DNA of 64,000 nucleotides from Candidatus Bathyarchaeota archaeon (lineage in GTDB: Archaea; Thermoproteota; Bathyarchaeia; 40CM-2-53-6; RBG-13-38-9): NCBI GenBank assembly GCA_963807605.1, contig CAWECG010000003.1, positions 1,024,001-1,088,000 on the forward strand, in the 5' to 3' direction. Both the position numbers and the translations under genes were made by a program. Positions within the stretch are counted from its first letter, which is position 1, and each line of letters begins with the position of its first letter. Of the stretch, positions 11,149 to 22,235 are shown piece after piece. Under the pieces are notes generated by a model, which did not search any database, was not told the origin of the DNA, and was given only the letters and a program-made list of their open reading frames with translations.

Positions 11149-12360
11149 TTGAACTTCTCAACTATTCTCTTGACTCTGGATCCACTTACAAACTCGATCA
11201 TCTCATTCTTTCTCGCGATCTCAATTTTCTACGTCTTTCTGGCTTGGAATGCCAAGACGCCGTCAAGACCGGTACACTATTTTCCAAGCGTCACGGCCAT
11301 GGCCTACGCCTGGCAATCTGGAAATGTAATCGAAAGGAAGATCAAGAATTTCCTAAGCCAAGACTACCCCTCCGAGAAGCTTGAGATCATAATCTATGAC
11401 AATGATTCAACGGATGAGACTCCCACAATTTGCAGACAGTACGAGGAAAAGGGGTTAATCAAATACTATAGACCCAAACGACCCCACGATAGAAAAGCCC
11501 CCGTACTTGATGAAGCAATCGAAAACGAGGCGACCGGAGAGATCATAGCACTCACAGATCCAGATGGTGTCTGCGAGAAAGAATGGGTCAAGAAGATTGT
11601 TCAACCATTCTCTGACCCTGAGATTGGTGCAGTCGCTGGAATAACTCATTGTGGAAATTGGGATAAAAACTTCTTCACAAGACTCAGAGCAGTAGAAGAT
11701 GAGTGGTGGAATAACATATCTCTCACCGCGAGAGACGGCAAGGTGAGAATAACAAAGTTTCAACCCCTATGCGGATGCAACTATGCCCTCAGGAGAAGTA
11801 CTTGGGAAGATATTGGAAGAAGCCACGGAACGAGCCTTCTCGAGGACTTGCAGGTAAGCTTAAAACTGCACCAGAAAGGCTGGCGGCTCGTCGTCGCCGA
11901 CGCAAATGTTTGGCAGGAGGAAGTTGAAAATATCGACGAGTACTGGCGGCAGAGGAGACGTTGGTACAGCTTCAAATCATTGGACATCATGAACGGAGAC
12001 GGAAAGCTCGATAGGATAATCGGATCCCTGCCTCAGGGCATCCAGATGACAGCGCTCTTCTCGCTATTGACTTTCTTGGTCATCTTAACTTGGAACTTTT
12101 TCTTTTTCAGGATCGAAATCAGCGAAACACTCTTCGCAGCTTCACCTTTTCTGTTACATAACCTCGCCCTAATGTGGGGGTTATTTAAGGCAGCAAAGGC
12201 TAGGTTCATCCCCTACGTTCCAATTTTTCTGACCGCCGATGCATTACTTCAGCTTTGGTGTTTCGCTGATGTCAGACTCCGTTGGAGAGAAGAACCGAAA
12301 TGGGTCAAACTTGCTAGTGGAAAATACTATCACGTGGGCAGCGAGCTTAGAATGGATTAA
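11149..12360 (+). CDS. GT2 glycosyltransferase (cellulose synthase/IcaA-like)
   Basis: DNDSTD, TDPD, LED and QRRRW motifs with TM helices. Confidence 0.9.
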   Translation: MNFSTILLTLDPLTNSIISFFLAISIFYVFLAWNAKTPSRPVHYFPSVTAMAYAWQSGNVIERKIKNFLSQDYPSEKLEIIIYDNDSTDETPTICRQYEEKGLIKYYRPKRPHDRKAPVLDEAIENEATGEIIALTDPDGVCEKEWVKKIVQPFSDPEIGAVAGITHCGNWDKNFFTRLRAVEDEWWNNISLTARDGKVRITKFQPLCGCNYALRRSTWEDIGRSHGTSLLEDLQVSLKLHQKGWRLVVADANVWQEEVENIDEYWRQRRRWYSFKSLDIMNGDGKLDRIIGSLPQGIQMTALFSLLTFLVILTWNFFFFRIEISETLFAASPFLLHNLALMWGLFKAAKARFIPYVPIFLTADALLQLWCFADVRLRWREEPKWVKLASGKYYHVGSELRMD

Positions 12361-12476
12361 GGATTGAATCGAGAGGTGTGCCGAGGAGATCCGTTCCTTG
12401 AATTCTTAGTAGTTGCTCCATGGAAATCAAAATAAAACATACGCTATGAAGTGACCCCAAGGGAGAGCTTTAGAGA

Positions 12477-13283
12477 TTGAAAACCTTCGTGGTTTCAGGC
12501 AAGAACCTTCCACTTGTTTGGGAGGAGGCGGTCCTGAAGACTTGGAGGGAGGGTCTGCTTGCCTATACTGAATACGAACAATGGAGCAAGGACTGCACCA
12601 TGCTTATGGTCGTGAACGAACCATTTTCCGAGCCGAGAATTCATATGGGAGGCCTGTGTGGCAGCTTAACCGATCTTCACAAGTATGTTGAGGAGGTTGT
12701 CGAAGGATCGGAGGATCATTTTGTTTACGAAGGCAAACGCCCCTACGAATATCATGAGCGGCTATTTGACTACAGCGTCCACGAAGGCCGGAGAATAAAC
12801 CAGATCGACTATATGGTGAAGAAGCTCTGCGAGAAAAAGGAGGTTACACTGAACGGCAGAGCTCTTTCGGTGTATGGCTACACTAGGAGGGCACAAGCGA
12901 TAACTTGGAAACCCTCCGTAGATCCTAGTCTAGAGCATCCACCGTGTCTTCAAAGGGTATGGTGCAGAATCGTAGAGTCAAAACTAGTCATGGAGACATG
13001 TTGGAGATCCAGAGACGCCTACAAGGCGGCATTCTGGAACATGTATGCCTTCACTGAGCTTCAAAAGTACATAGCGCAGAGTCTGAGTGACAATATCGGA
13101 GAAGAAATAAGACTGGGCGCCTACGTAGACTTCACCAACAGCTTCCATATCTATGAACGCGATTTCGAGGATGTTGAGAAACGGCTTGTCAAACTTGTGA
13201 ATGAGAGAAGCTTTGAAGAGAGAACCATGGAGACTCTAGATTACCTCAGACATTTGCGTGAGATTGGTAGATTGCACCAGTAG
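12477..13283 (+). CDS. thyA: Thymidylate synthase, archaeal type
   Basis: YEYHERL, TRRAQAITW, PPCLQ, WRSRD, SFHIYE. Confidence 0.85.
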   Translation: MKTFVVSGKNLPLVWEEAVLKTWREGLLAYTEYEQWSKDCTMLMVVNEPFSEPRIHMGGLCGSLTDLHKYVEEVVEGSEDHFVYEGKRPYEYHERLFDYSVHEGRRINQIDYMVKKLCEKKEVTLNGRALSVYGYTRRAQAITWKPSVDPSLEHPPCLQRVWCRIVESKLVMETCWRSRDAYKAAFWNMYAFTELQKYIAQSLSDNIGEEIRLGAYVDFTNSFHIYERDFEDVEKRLVKLVNERSFEERTMETLDYLRHLREIGRLHQ

Positions 13284-13559
13284 TCGATCGACTGTCTGCG
13301 AAGAAAAAGAGGCGGGAAGTAATTCTCGGGAGATAATCGCGTCAAGCTAGATGGCTACACTTACGATAGAGTGCGAGAGATGCCAAGGCAGCAATCCCGA
13401 TGAGGAGACCTGCCGCGAACCCTTTGTGATCCATAGCACCACCACTCATTCTTTCGTTACTTGAGGCGATCGGTTCCTGCTCTGTTAGCGGGGTCTAGGG
13501 GGTCTAGCAAGTCACTGAAGAGGGGGATTCTGTTACCTCAGACACATTGGCTGAATTAT

Positions 13560-13790
13560 CTTTTGTTACTCTATTCAGTTGTGAGCATTTGCTGCAGCAC
13601 GCGCTCTCTAGGAAGTCTGACCCTTGACGTGTTCCGTCCATGCAACAATAATTTTCAATGTGTGCACCTGCTAGGCCGCTGAATTTTGTCTTGCCCACGA
13701 CAATGGTTTTTGACTTGCTCCAAGAGGCATAGATTGCCGCCTGCAAACCCGCCGGGCCCCCCAGTTACTAGGATATCTGTGAGAATCATG
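13560..13790 (-). pseudogene. N-terminal fragment of a thioredoxin-reductase-like FAD oxidoreductase
   Basis: DILVTGG, then a frameshift to GPAGLQAAIYA...AHIENY; the frame ends early. Confidence 0.6.
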
Positions 13791-14106
13791 ATAGTCACCT
13801 AAGATATCAATTCGAGTTGAAATGTTGGAAGTAATTTCTTGACAAATCATTCAGAGACTTCTGATATCTAAGAACTGCTAGTATGTTGGCTGACGAACAG
13901 AAGGTATACGTGTGGCCGTATTGAATTCTATTTTCTTCTGGAGGATACGACCATCAACCTATTTCTTGCTAATATGTGGTCAAACTTTACAGAGAAGTTA
14001 TTTACTTGCAGTGGAAGGAATTAAGTGCTAGAAGATTGACTAACAGTTCGGCCAGTACATTCAGTGCGCAGCGAGGCCATTGGTTCCGAGTGCGGGGATT
14101 TCACTC

Positions 14107-14833
14107 ATGAAGAAACGTATTCGCACGTTTTCAACGGTTAGGCTCAAGCTGATCGAAGCCCAGCAAGATATGACTTTGCTAAGGGCGTCTCTGCGAGAGA
14201 CTTTCGCTAGTGAGATCGGAGCAGTCAGAAACTTACTTGTCAGGTATCCATTTCTAAGTGTTAGTTTTGCATTCGTCGCCGGCGTTTTCTTCGGAGGTCT
14301 GCTTCAAGCTAGAGTATCACAATTCGTTGTTCTAGCACTCCTAGGAGGCTTTCCTCTTGCCATAGTCTATGGGCACTCCCAAGGTGTACCGACTATCTTT
14401 TTCGATAGGATCCGTAATAGTGCTCGACAGCTTCGTTTCCTATTCGCTTCTAAAACTCATGAAAGCTTTGAGCGAGTACCCCCGAATCGAGCCTTACTTA
14501 TCCAGAATTAGGGTGAGGTACTCAGACAGCTCCCGCCTTTTCATGACCTATTCCGGAAGACTTGGTGCTGAGGGAGCATTGGCCGTCTGCACATTCTTGA
14601 TAGGATGGTGGATTGCGGCAGTCATAGCGTATCTCATGGATTTTGACACAAGAACCGCTATGGTCAGCATATTCTCAGGTTTGATGGCTGGAGGTCTATT
14701 ATCTTGGGCGCTCTATGAAGGCTTTGTAAGACTAATCCCCGATCCAGCTATCGTCGTCGTGATATTTCTTGTGGTATTCATTATGTCTGGATTTGTTGTG
14801 GGCAGACTTTTCAGAAGAATTGGACAGGATTGA
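14107..14833 (+). CDS. Membrane protein, probably one gene split by a frameshift near 14400
   Basis: ORFs 14080-14511 and 14369-14833 join into a continuous hydrophobic protein if one T is removed from a T-run. Confidence 0.55.
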
Positions 14834-14862
14834 TACCAGAATCTTCTATTAATCGCCAGTTT

Positions 14863-15001
14863 TGGTAGCGGGGGGTAGATTCGAACTACCGGTTGAGCCC
14901 GATTTCTCGAGTATCTCAGGGTCTCTCAGTTCATGTCATATGAGCCCTGCGGGTTAAACCTGGTTGGGCTTCTTCATTCGAAGAACCTACCCCACCCCGC
15001 T
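14863..15001 (-). tRNA. Initiator tRNA-Met(CAT) with three introns (15/16, 37/38, 47/48); CCA encoded
   Basis: A1:U72 acceptor AGCGGGG/CCCCGCT, GGG/CCC anticodon stem, CTCATA loop; each insert forms a bulge-helix-bulge-type motif. Confidence 0.9.
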
Positions 15002-15242
15002 ATTCTCTGGACTTGTCAGGGAATTTCAAAGATAAATGTTTTGCCTAAAAAATAGGTTGTGCCCCGCTGAGATTTTTCTCTAGGCACTATTGCTCACAGT
15101 CTCGTTAGCAACGCTTATAAGTTATAATATGAGGTTTAGTGCCAAGCTGGTTTATAGTGGACGGAAGCAGGATCCGGTTCTGTACGGTTGACTGTTACTT
15201 GTTCTTATAACTGGCCGAAACGAAAAGAGGTGAAAGTGGATA

Positions 15243-15437
15243 ATGGCTTCTTTTGTTAAGCCTGTTGAGGAAGGGAAAGAGTATGAAGTTGACATCAAAG
15301 AGCTCAGCAGGCGTGGAGATGGACTTGCACGGATAGAGGGTTTTGTGGTCTTCGTTCCAAATACGAAGCCAGGCGACCATGTAACTGTAAGAGTTACACA
15401 GGTCCGAGACCGATTTGCCGTTGCTGAGAAGATCTAG
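15243..15437 (+). CDS. Single TRAM-domain RNA-binding protein
   Basis: [12 protein letters not shown]...[21 protein letters not shown]. Confidence 0.93.
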   Translation: MASFVKPVEEGKEYEVDIKELSRRGDGLARIEGFVVFVPNTKPGDHVTVRVTQVRDRFAVAEKI

Positions 15438-15510
15438 AGATCTTCAGATACTGATATGACCCGACCCCTGTTTTTCTAATATTTTTTCATATAGTCAGGT
15501 AGGTGCACAC

Positions 15511-16188
15511 TTGAGCACAACCTCAAACTGTAGCTCTGGGGCTTCTACGTTGGACAAGCTCTTGATTACAGAGTACTCTCCGACTTTAGTATCTCCACTA
15601 TACGTTGTAGGGCTTTCTGGTGCCAGTGAACTTGGAAGGATTGCAGCTCGCATTCTATTAGAACGAGCTCAAGCAAGACTTTTTGCAGAACTTTACAACA
15701 AACACTTCCCAGATCATGCTCTGGTAACAGAAGACGGGACATGCAGATTACTCAGATACGAGTTCTATGAGAGTTCTCGGTCCTCACCCAATATGATAAT
15801 TGCCTATGGAGACGATGGAATAACCTTTGAGAATCCCGAAAGCGGCTACAATGTTTTCGACGAACTTGTCATGCTGGGAAAGAATTCTGGTGTGTCCAAT
15901 CTGATCCTGATAGATGCTATTCGGATGGACAGCGGCGAATCTACCTATGTGGCTGCAACAAAGACCAGTCTAACCAAACGTTTTGTGAATAAAGGAGCAA
16001 CAGTGATAAAGGATACCCATCTATTAGGCCCCGCAGGAATTATTCTAGGGATGTGCCGACTTCATCTGTTAAGTGCTATCGGTCTCTTCCCGACACTAAC
16101 ACCGGAAGGGAGCGCAGAAAAATCTGCCGAGACCGCTGTCAAACTTGTCGAGGATTCCTTCGATATCAAATACCCTAGGGTCCGGTAA
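15511..16188 (+). CDS. PAC2 / proteasome assembly chaperone family protein
   Basis: VGLSGASELGRIAA, FAELYNKHFP, GPAGIILG. Confidence 0.65.
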   Translation: MSTTSNCSSGASTLDKLLITEYSPTLVSPLYVVGLSGASELGRIAARILLERAQARLFAELYNKHFPDHALVTEDGTCRLLRYEFYESSRSSPNMIIAYGDDGITFENPESGYNVFDELVMLGKNSGVSNLILIDAIRMDSGESTYVAATKTSLTKRFVNKGATVIKDTHLLGPAGIILGMCRLHLLSAIGLFPTLTPEGSAEKSAETAVKLVEDSFDIKYPRVR

Positions 16189-16200
16189 AAGAGGATCAAA

Positions 16201-17478
16201 TTGGGAATTGTTAGGATCGGCGTTGACGATACTGACTCAAAGGAGGGCATGTGCACAACCTACCTAGGGGCTGTCACTGCAGATAGGTTAAAGCTTCAAG
16301 GCTTCAGACTGAAAGGTTACCCCAAACTCGTGAGGCTGAATCCGAATTGGCACCTAAAGACAAGAGGTAACTGCGCGATTTCACTGAATGTGGAGTGCGA
16401 CCGGTCAAGACTGCCTACCTTAAGAGAGATAGTCCTTAGCACTGTGAGAGAACTCGCAGAGCTTCGATGTGAGACAACCAATCCGGGGATAGTCCTCTAC
16501 ACTGGTGACTCTGTCCCCCGAGCGCTCAGAATGTTCTCAAGAACGGTCATTCAGGGAGTTGTCGAGATCGAAGACGCAGAAAGGCTTTCACAGGAGATAG
16601 GTGCAGAGTACTATAAGTTCAAACTTGGAAGAGGTATAATCGGTGCCATGGCAGCTATTGGAGAGACATTCGAGCAGGACTCAACTTACGAACTTATCGC
16701 CTATAGAACTGAAGGTTACAGAGGTCGCGAGAGAATTATAGATGAGGAGAGCGTCTTCGAGATGGATAGGAACACCTTTCCAAGGACTTTTGATAACGTC
16801 GATCCCAGCACAGGGGAGATTAGGATTACTCCTCATACGCCGTGTCCTGTCCTCTTTGGAATTCGCTCGCATGATCCTAGGGTGGCGTTGGAAGCATTCC
16901 GAATGATACGAGTATATGAGCCCATTGAGAGGCAGATGATTTATCAAACAAACCAGGCAACCGACGCCCACCTATTATGCACCACAATCATGGCTATCAA
17001 GCCAATCACTTCTGCAATAGTGAGCGGCAGAGTATCGCAGAAGCCTAAAGTCATTCGTGGAGGGCATGTCATAATGGCGGTGACAGACGGGACTGGCGAA
17101 TTATACTGCGCGGCGTACGAACCTACACGGAGATTTAGAGATGCGATCAAGAAGCTGCAGGTTGGGGATTCAGTAAGAGTCTATGGTGGCGTCAAGAAGA
17201 AAGAGAATCTTCCACTGACTTTGAATCTCGAGAAGATAGAGATCTTGAATTTGTTGAAGATCTACCTAAAATCAAATCCCGTTTGCACAAGATGTGGAAG
17301 GCGTGCAAAATCTGAAGGGAAAGGGAAAGGTTATCAATGCAAAGGTTGTGGCCAAATGTTTAGGCCTGGAACAGAGACATTCACTGAGAGACCGCGGGGA
17401 TTACAAATCGGATTCTACGAAGTTCCACCCAGGGCCCGCCGGCATTTAGCGAAACCTTTGATTCGTATCCTGTGTTGA
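16201..17478 (+). CDS. tiaS: tRNA(Ile2) 2-agmatinylcytidine synthetase
   Basis: IGVDDTDS..GMCTTY, LVRLNPN, TRGN, OB fold and C-terminal zinc ribbon. Confidence 0.95.
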   Translation: MGIVRIGVDDTDSKEGMCTTYLGAVTADRLKLQGFRLKGYPKLVRLNPNWHLKTRGNCAISLNVECDRSRLPTLREIVLSTVRELAELRCETTNPGIVLYTGDSVPRALRMFSRTVIQGVVEIEDAERLSQEIGAEYYKFKLGRGIIGAMAAIGETFEQDSTYELIAYRTEGYRGRERIIDEESVFEMDRNTFPRTFDNVDPSTGEIRITPHTPCPVLFGIRSHDPRVALEAFRMIRVYEPIERQMIYQTNQATDAHLLCTTIMAIKPITSAIVSGRVSQKPKVIRGGHVIMAVTDGTGELYCAAYEPTRRFRDAIKKLQVGDSVRVYGGVKKKENLPLTLNLEKIEILNLLKIYLKSNPVCTRCGRRAKSEGKGKGYQCKGCGQMFRPGTETFTERPRGLQIGFYEVPPRARRHLAKPLIRILC

Positions 17479-17545
17479 ACGTTTCTATTTCAGACTTGCA
17501 TTAATGAGACATTGCAACCTGACTGTCCAGGAAGAAAGATCGACT

Positions 17546-17785
17546 TTATCTTCCCGCTACTATAATCATTGTGAGTGTTGAGCGAACCTTCTCCAGGCGC
17601 CTCATATTCGATGTTATCACTTCCTTTAGTCTATCCATCGTCTCAGCCTCAACCTTAGCTACTATGTCATAGACACCGTACACGACATAAGCTTCTGTTA
17701 TGTTAGGCGTCTTCTCAAGTTCATGCAAGACTTCATCTTCGAATCCAGTCTCAGTGTTTATCAAAACATAGGCTGTATTTGCCAT
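17546..17785 (-). CDS. Lrp/AsnC ligand-binding domain protein
   Basis: AYVLIN...YGVYDIVAKVEA...VRSTLTMI. Confidence 0.9.
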   Translation of the reverse strand: MANTAYVLINTETGFEDEVLHELEKTPNITEAYVVYGVYDIVAKVEAETMDRLKEVITSNMRRLEKVRSTLTMIIVAGR

Positions 17786-18004
17786 GTGCAACCCCAGACC
17801 TGATTTCATGTTCCTTAACTTAAGACTTCTCAAAATCCCGATAGGAACTGGTCACTATCAAATGACGAATTAACCTCATAATCAAAGTCTGTGACCCGCC
17901 ACTTTGGTTCATTGGACCAGACCACGGTTTCTTCTAGTGTTAGATCGGTTTATATTGAATCCTATTCAAACGATCCCATACTATATTATCAGAGTGGTCT
18001 TCAG

Positions 18005-19544
18005 ATGGACCTGAACCAAGTCTATATCACCTCGAGCGACGTCAGAAGGCTAGACCTCAACTCTGAATATTTGGGTATATCTCCACTCCAGCTCATGGAG
18101 AACGCTGGTCGAGCTGTGGCGACGGAAGTCGCCTCAAGATTGAAGCCCAGAATCTAAAATCATCGTCTTGGCAGGCACTGGCAGAAATGGCGGGGACGGC
18201 ATGGTTGCAGCAAGACATCTTGCTTCGATGGGTTATGAAGTCGTTCTATACCTTATTGGCTCTGAATCAAATATCAAGGATGATATTGTCACCACAAACT
18301 GGAAGGCTCTGAGAGCGATGTCCTCCAGCGTAAAGACTCAGGTGCTCACAGACTCATCATATCTACAGCCCTTCAGTGCAGACATCATAATAGACGCGTT
18401 GCTGGGTGTCGGTTCCAAGGGCACTTTAAGACAACCAATTCTTGAAACTGTGAGAATGTTGAACCGTTCGGAAGTATTTGTCATTTCGATTGATGTGCCA
18501 ACAGGCATTGACTCTGACGATGGCGGGGTCTTGGGGGAGGCGGTGAGAGCCAAACTCACAGTCACTTTTCACGCCCCAAAAACCGGCTTCACGAAAGCGC
18601 AGAAATATTTCGGCGAGGTCAAAGTTGCATCAATAGGCATTCCGCCTGAAGCTGAACTGTATACCGGACCCGGTGATGTAGATGTTGTTCTGAAAAAAAG
18701 ACCATCACAGTCCAAGAAAGGCGATTTTGGACGGGTCTTGGTGATCGGTGGCAACAAAACCTACAGTGGCGCTCCGGCCCTTGTCGCTATGGCTGCCCTC
18801 CGCGCTGGGACGGATCTGGTCTATGTAGCAGCGCCAGAAGAGACTGCTGAAGCCATCTCTTCTATGTCACCAAACATGATTACAATCAAGTTGAGTGGCG
18901 AACACGTCAAGCCTACCGATCTGGGACAACTTGAGACCTTCTTGGATAGAGTAACTGCAGTGGCTGTCGGCCCAGGAATGGGCCTGCACAGAGAATCATT
19001 CGAAGCGGTTGGAAGGCTTTTGCAGCAGCTTGAAGCACTCAAGAAGCCAACGTTGATAGACGCTGATGCGCTGAAGGCTCTTGGAGCTTCTAGGAGCCGT
19101 CTTGTCTTTCCAGCTGTCATTACGCCACATGCAGGTGAGTTCGAAGCAGTCTCAGGAAATAGAGTCTCTGCGGAGCTAAACGAAAGAGTTGAGGATGTGA
19201 AGGCACTGGCCAAGGAGATAAATGCAGTCGTCTTGCTGAAAGGGAGAGTTGACGTGATCTCAGACGGATTCAAGGTTAAGCTCAACTGGACAGGTAATCC
19301 GGGGATGACTGTAGGTGGAACGGGGGATGTCCTCTCAGGGGTTGCTGTCTCTCTAATGGCTCAAGGTTGCGGATCTTTCGAGGCCGCAGCCGCGGCGGCC
19401 TTCATAAATGGTGCGGCTGGCGACTTCGTCTACAAGGAGAAGGGATTTCACATCTTGCCCACAGATCTGATAGACCAGATACCCAAGGTGATGATTAACC
19501 CGATGAGTCACAGAGATGCAAAATTCCTTGGAAACCAAGTCTGA
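18005..19544 (+). CDS. nnr: Bifunctional NAD(P)H-hydrate epimerase/dehydratase, frameshift near 18148
   Basis: LMENAGRAVA in the upstream ORF; GRNGGDG, TPHAGEF and GGTGDVLSG in the downstream ORF. Confidence 0.9.
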
Positions 19545-20085
19545 AAGGTTAAGAATTCTTGTCTACGTCATGGAGCAAGACGACCCCAGGAAATGCACCT
19601 CTGCGAAACTCGCAAGGATGAATTTGGCGAGGAGAATACGTTTTAGATCGATGATCCCCCGAAGAGCGGTTGTTCTAAATCCATCAGCTGCCACGGTACT
19701 CTTGCCCTCAGACCGAAAAGACATTGTGAATGGAGGTCTGGTGGCCATCGATTGTTCATGGAACAAAGCGGACATAGTTTTTGACAAGAGATTTCCTGGG
19801 CTGAATCGTCGACTTCCCCTCCTTCTGGCAGGAAATCCTGTTAGCTACGGTATAATCGGCAGGCTTAGTTCAGCAGAGGCACTGGCCGCAAGCCTGATGA
19901 TCACGCACTTTGTTGAGGAGGGGAGGAAAATAATGGGGTTCTTCAAGTGGGGTCGGACCTTCCTGACGCTAAACCACGATCCTCTAGAGGATTATGGTAA
20001 TGCAAAGGATTTGAACGAGATCTTGGAAACTGAGAGATCTTACTTCAACGGCCGGAGGACTGCCGAGCTAAGTAATGATAACTGA
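19516..20085 (+). CDS. tsr3: 16S rRNA aminocarboxypropyltransferase
   Basis: QDDPRKCT, DCSW, RLPLLLAGNPVSYG, FKWG. Confidence 0.93.
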   Translation: MQNSLETKSERLRILVYVMEQDDPRKCTSAKLARMNLARRIRFRSMIPRRAVVLNPSAATVLLPSDRKDIVNGGLVAIDCSWNKADIVFDKRFPGLNRRLPLLLAGNPVSYGIIGRLSSAEALAASLMITHFVEEGRKIMGFFKWGRTFLTLNHDPLEDYGNAKDLNEILETERSYFNGRRTAELSNDN

Positions 20086-20116
20086 GCCCGGCAGACGCTT
20101 CCAAATTCTGGGCCTG

Positions 20117-20413
20117 CTACGCGCCGCAACCTTGTTCCAAGATTGAGATCACGTCACCCTCCTTGAGTTCCTTGTTAAGGCCGTTTACAGAAGCCGTATT
20201 TGTTTCCGTGATCCGTGCAGTCTCTAGATTGTTTATTACAAGGATGACTGGGACCACTTTTCCCTTCTCGTCGTAGAGTATTTCCTTGACAGGGTAGTCC
20301 GTGGCAAGTTGTTCAAGTAGATCGGTAATCCTGTTCCCTTTGAGGTTTACTTCAACTCTATCTTTGCCGGTTGCCATACGAAGGCGACCGAACAGTTTCG
20401 CAGTTACGAGCAT
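20117..20413 (-). CDS. MoaD/ThiS/SAMP-like ubiquitin-fold protein
   Basis: VTAKLFGRLR...LKEGDVISI; C-terminus is atypical (QGCGA). Confidence 0.8.
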   Translation of the reverse strand: MLVTAKLFGRLRMATGKDRVEVNLKGNRITDLLEQLATDYPVKEILYDEKGKVVPVILVINNLETARITETNTASVNGLNKELKEGDVISILEQGCGA

Positions 20414-20745
20414 AACCAGAATCTGTGGCAGACATTGATAAAGGTGTGGCGATCATATCCTGCTCCAATATCTTTCGTTGAGATATTCTTGATCGCAAAA
20501 ACCGCGCCTCAAATACCTATTAACTTAGAAATACTGAGCTAGCTAGTTCACTTTCCCTACAGTTTGTATTAGAATGGGGGATTTCAGTCGATCTCGAATA
20601 CCTCTCTGCGACATCCTTGTTGTACTAATGAAGTCAAGATAGTGGTTCCCACACATTCGATGCGTGATAGTCATGAGAGTTCTTTCCGTAGCCGCATCCT
20701 AGGTCTCAAGAAATTGCTTGGTGAACCAATCTACGCCGTGCTATC

Positions 20746-21279
20746 TCAGTACTCTATTCCTTTTCTTGATCTGACGCCTCTTCTGTATGGATGCTTCTTC
20801 TCCACTATTTCACTGACATAGTCAGCGACCTGTTCAAGTTCTGACGGTGAGTCTCTGCCTGTGATTACTAGCTCCAGACCTCTAGGCTTATCGTTTACAA
20901 GTTTGATAACCTCATCCAACGTCACCAAGCCTAGATTGATTGCATGAGTCAACTCATCGAGAATTACCAGGTCGTACTTCTTACTCTTGGTAGCTTGCTT
21001 TGCGTGTTGCAGCGCTTCTTGGGCTTCTTCAATATCTATCTGAGTAGGTTTTCCCCTGATCAGCTCTTTTCGGCCGTAGGCGGTTATTTCTAGGCCAGGA
21101 ACACGTCTGGCCGAATATTTTTCGCCGTACCGATATCGCCCCTTCAGGAACATTATCACGCAAACCCGCATTCCGTGTCCTGCTGCTCTGAGGGCTAGCC
21201 CCAAAGCTGCTGTTGTCTTGCCCTTCCCGTTGCCCGTGTAGACATGTACTAGCCCCTGTTTGCTTGCGGTTCTGCTCAC
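20746..21279 (-). CDS. cobO: Corrinoid adenosyltransferase
   Basis: VYTGNGKGKTTAALG, LDE, ITGR, KHPY..G..GIEY. Confidence 0.95.
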   Translation of the reverse strand: MSRTASKQGLVHVYTGNGKGKTTAALGLALRAAGHGMRVCVIMFLKGRYRYGEKYSARRVPGLEITAYGRKELIRGKPTQIDIEEAQEALQHAKQATKSKKYDLVILDELTHAINLGLVTLDEVIKLVNDKPRGLELVITGRDSPSELEQVADYVSEIVEKKHPYRRGVRSRKGIEY

Positions 21280-21314
21280 TTAATCTCACATCAATTTCAG
21301 ACTGTTTCCGTCTT

Positions 21315-21940
21315 CTAGTCACAAGCTAGATCAAGTTTTCCGCGTGTAAGATTGGCTGAGGCGGAGCCAACATAATCTGTGAAGTTGCAGAAAGGTTCTG
21401 TTTCTTTTAAGATCCTGATCATATCGAGGCCATTCTCAGCATCAAAGTCTTCAATAAAGTGTTTTCCAACTTCTTGAAACTGGTAAGTGGAAACATAGTA
21501 CGCTCTACCCGGTTGGGCTTCCAATTTCTTCACGTTCAGGCCCTTCTCACTGATCAGCCCAAGGATAAGCCCATTTTCACCTACTGCTCCTACTATCCTA
21601 GGGGTCTTCTTTTCATCCTTCTCGTATCCTAGGACTTCAAGGATAGCCGAGACTTGTCTCTCAAGATCGATTTCACTAGACACCATAGTCTCAACGTAGT
21701 CGGTGTGAGTTCCATTCCCTACAAGTAGTACTGTCCTCTTCGCCATTCTGATTATTTTGATGCAATTATAGAAGAGATGTGGTGGATAGGACATAGCTGA
21801 ACTGCTTCTTTGTACCACCTTTGCGGTTGTCTCCCTAATATCGATCATCCTATCAGCAAATGATTGACTCGACAACAGGTAAGCTGCTACGAGTGTTCCA
21901 GTCTTTGTGACGCCTACAAGACAAAGTCTTCCTACGTACG
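21315..21940 (-). CDS. purO: Archaeal IMP cyclohydrolase (start codon unclear)
   Basis: Upstream in-frame YVGR...AYLLSSQSF; YNCI, GNGTHTD, YEKD..TPRI. Confidence 0.85.
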
Positions 21941-22032
21941 ATTGTGGACACCTCAGTGCAGTGATTCGGAGTCAGTCGTGTAGAATTGTCCAAAAAGTCT
22001 TAATAAGTCTAAGAGATGCTGACGAATAGGAC

Positions 22033-22153
22033 GGGCCGGTAGCTCAGCTTGGTTACGTTGCTGGAAGCAACATCGAGGAGCACACGGCTGATAAGCAGAT
22101 TCGATTACGAAGAAACCGTGGGGTCATGGGTTCAAATCCCACCCGGCCCACCA
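22033..22153 (+). tRNA. tRNA-Ile(GAT) with two introns (21/22 and 37/38)
   Basis: GGGCCGG/CCGGCCC-ACCA acceptor, CACGG-CTGATA..A-CCGTG anticodon arm, TTCAAAT T-loop. Confidence 0.85.
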
Positions 22154-22235
22154 GTATTCTGCAGACAGAGGGTGTGTCCCCGCAAATAGGCGCGCCGCAG
22201 TAGAGTGTTGCCACGATTGGACTCGCAGTACCCTA

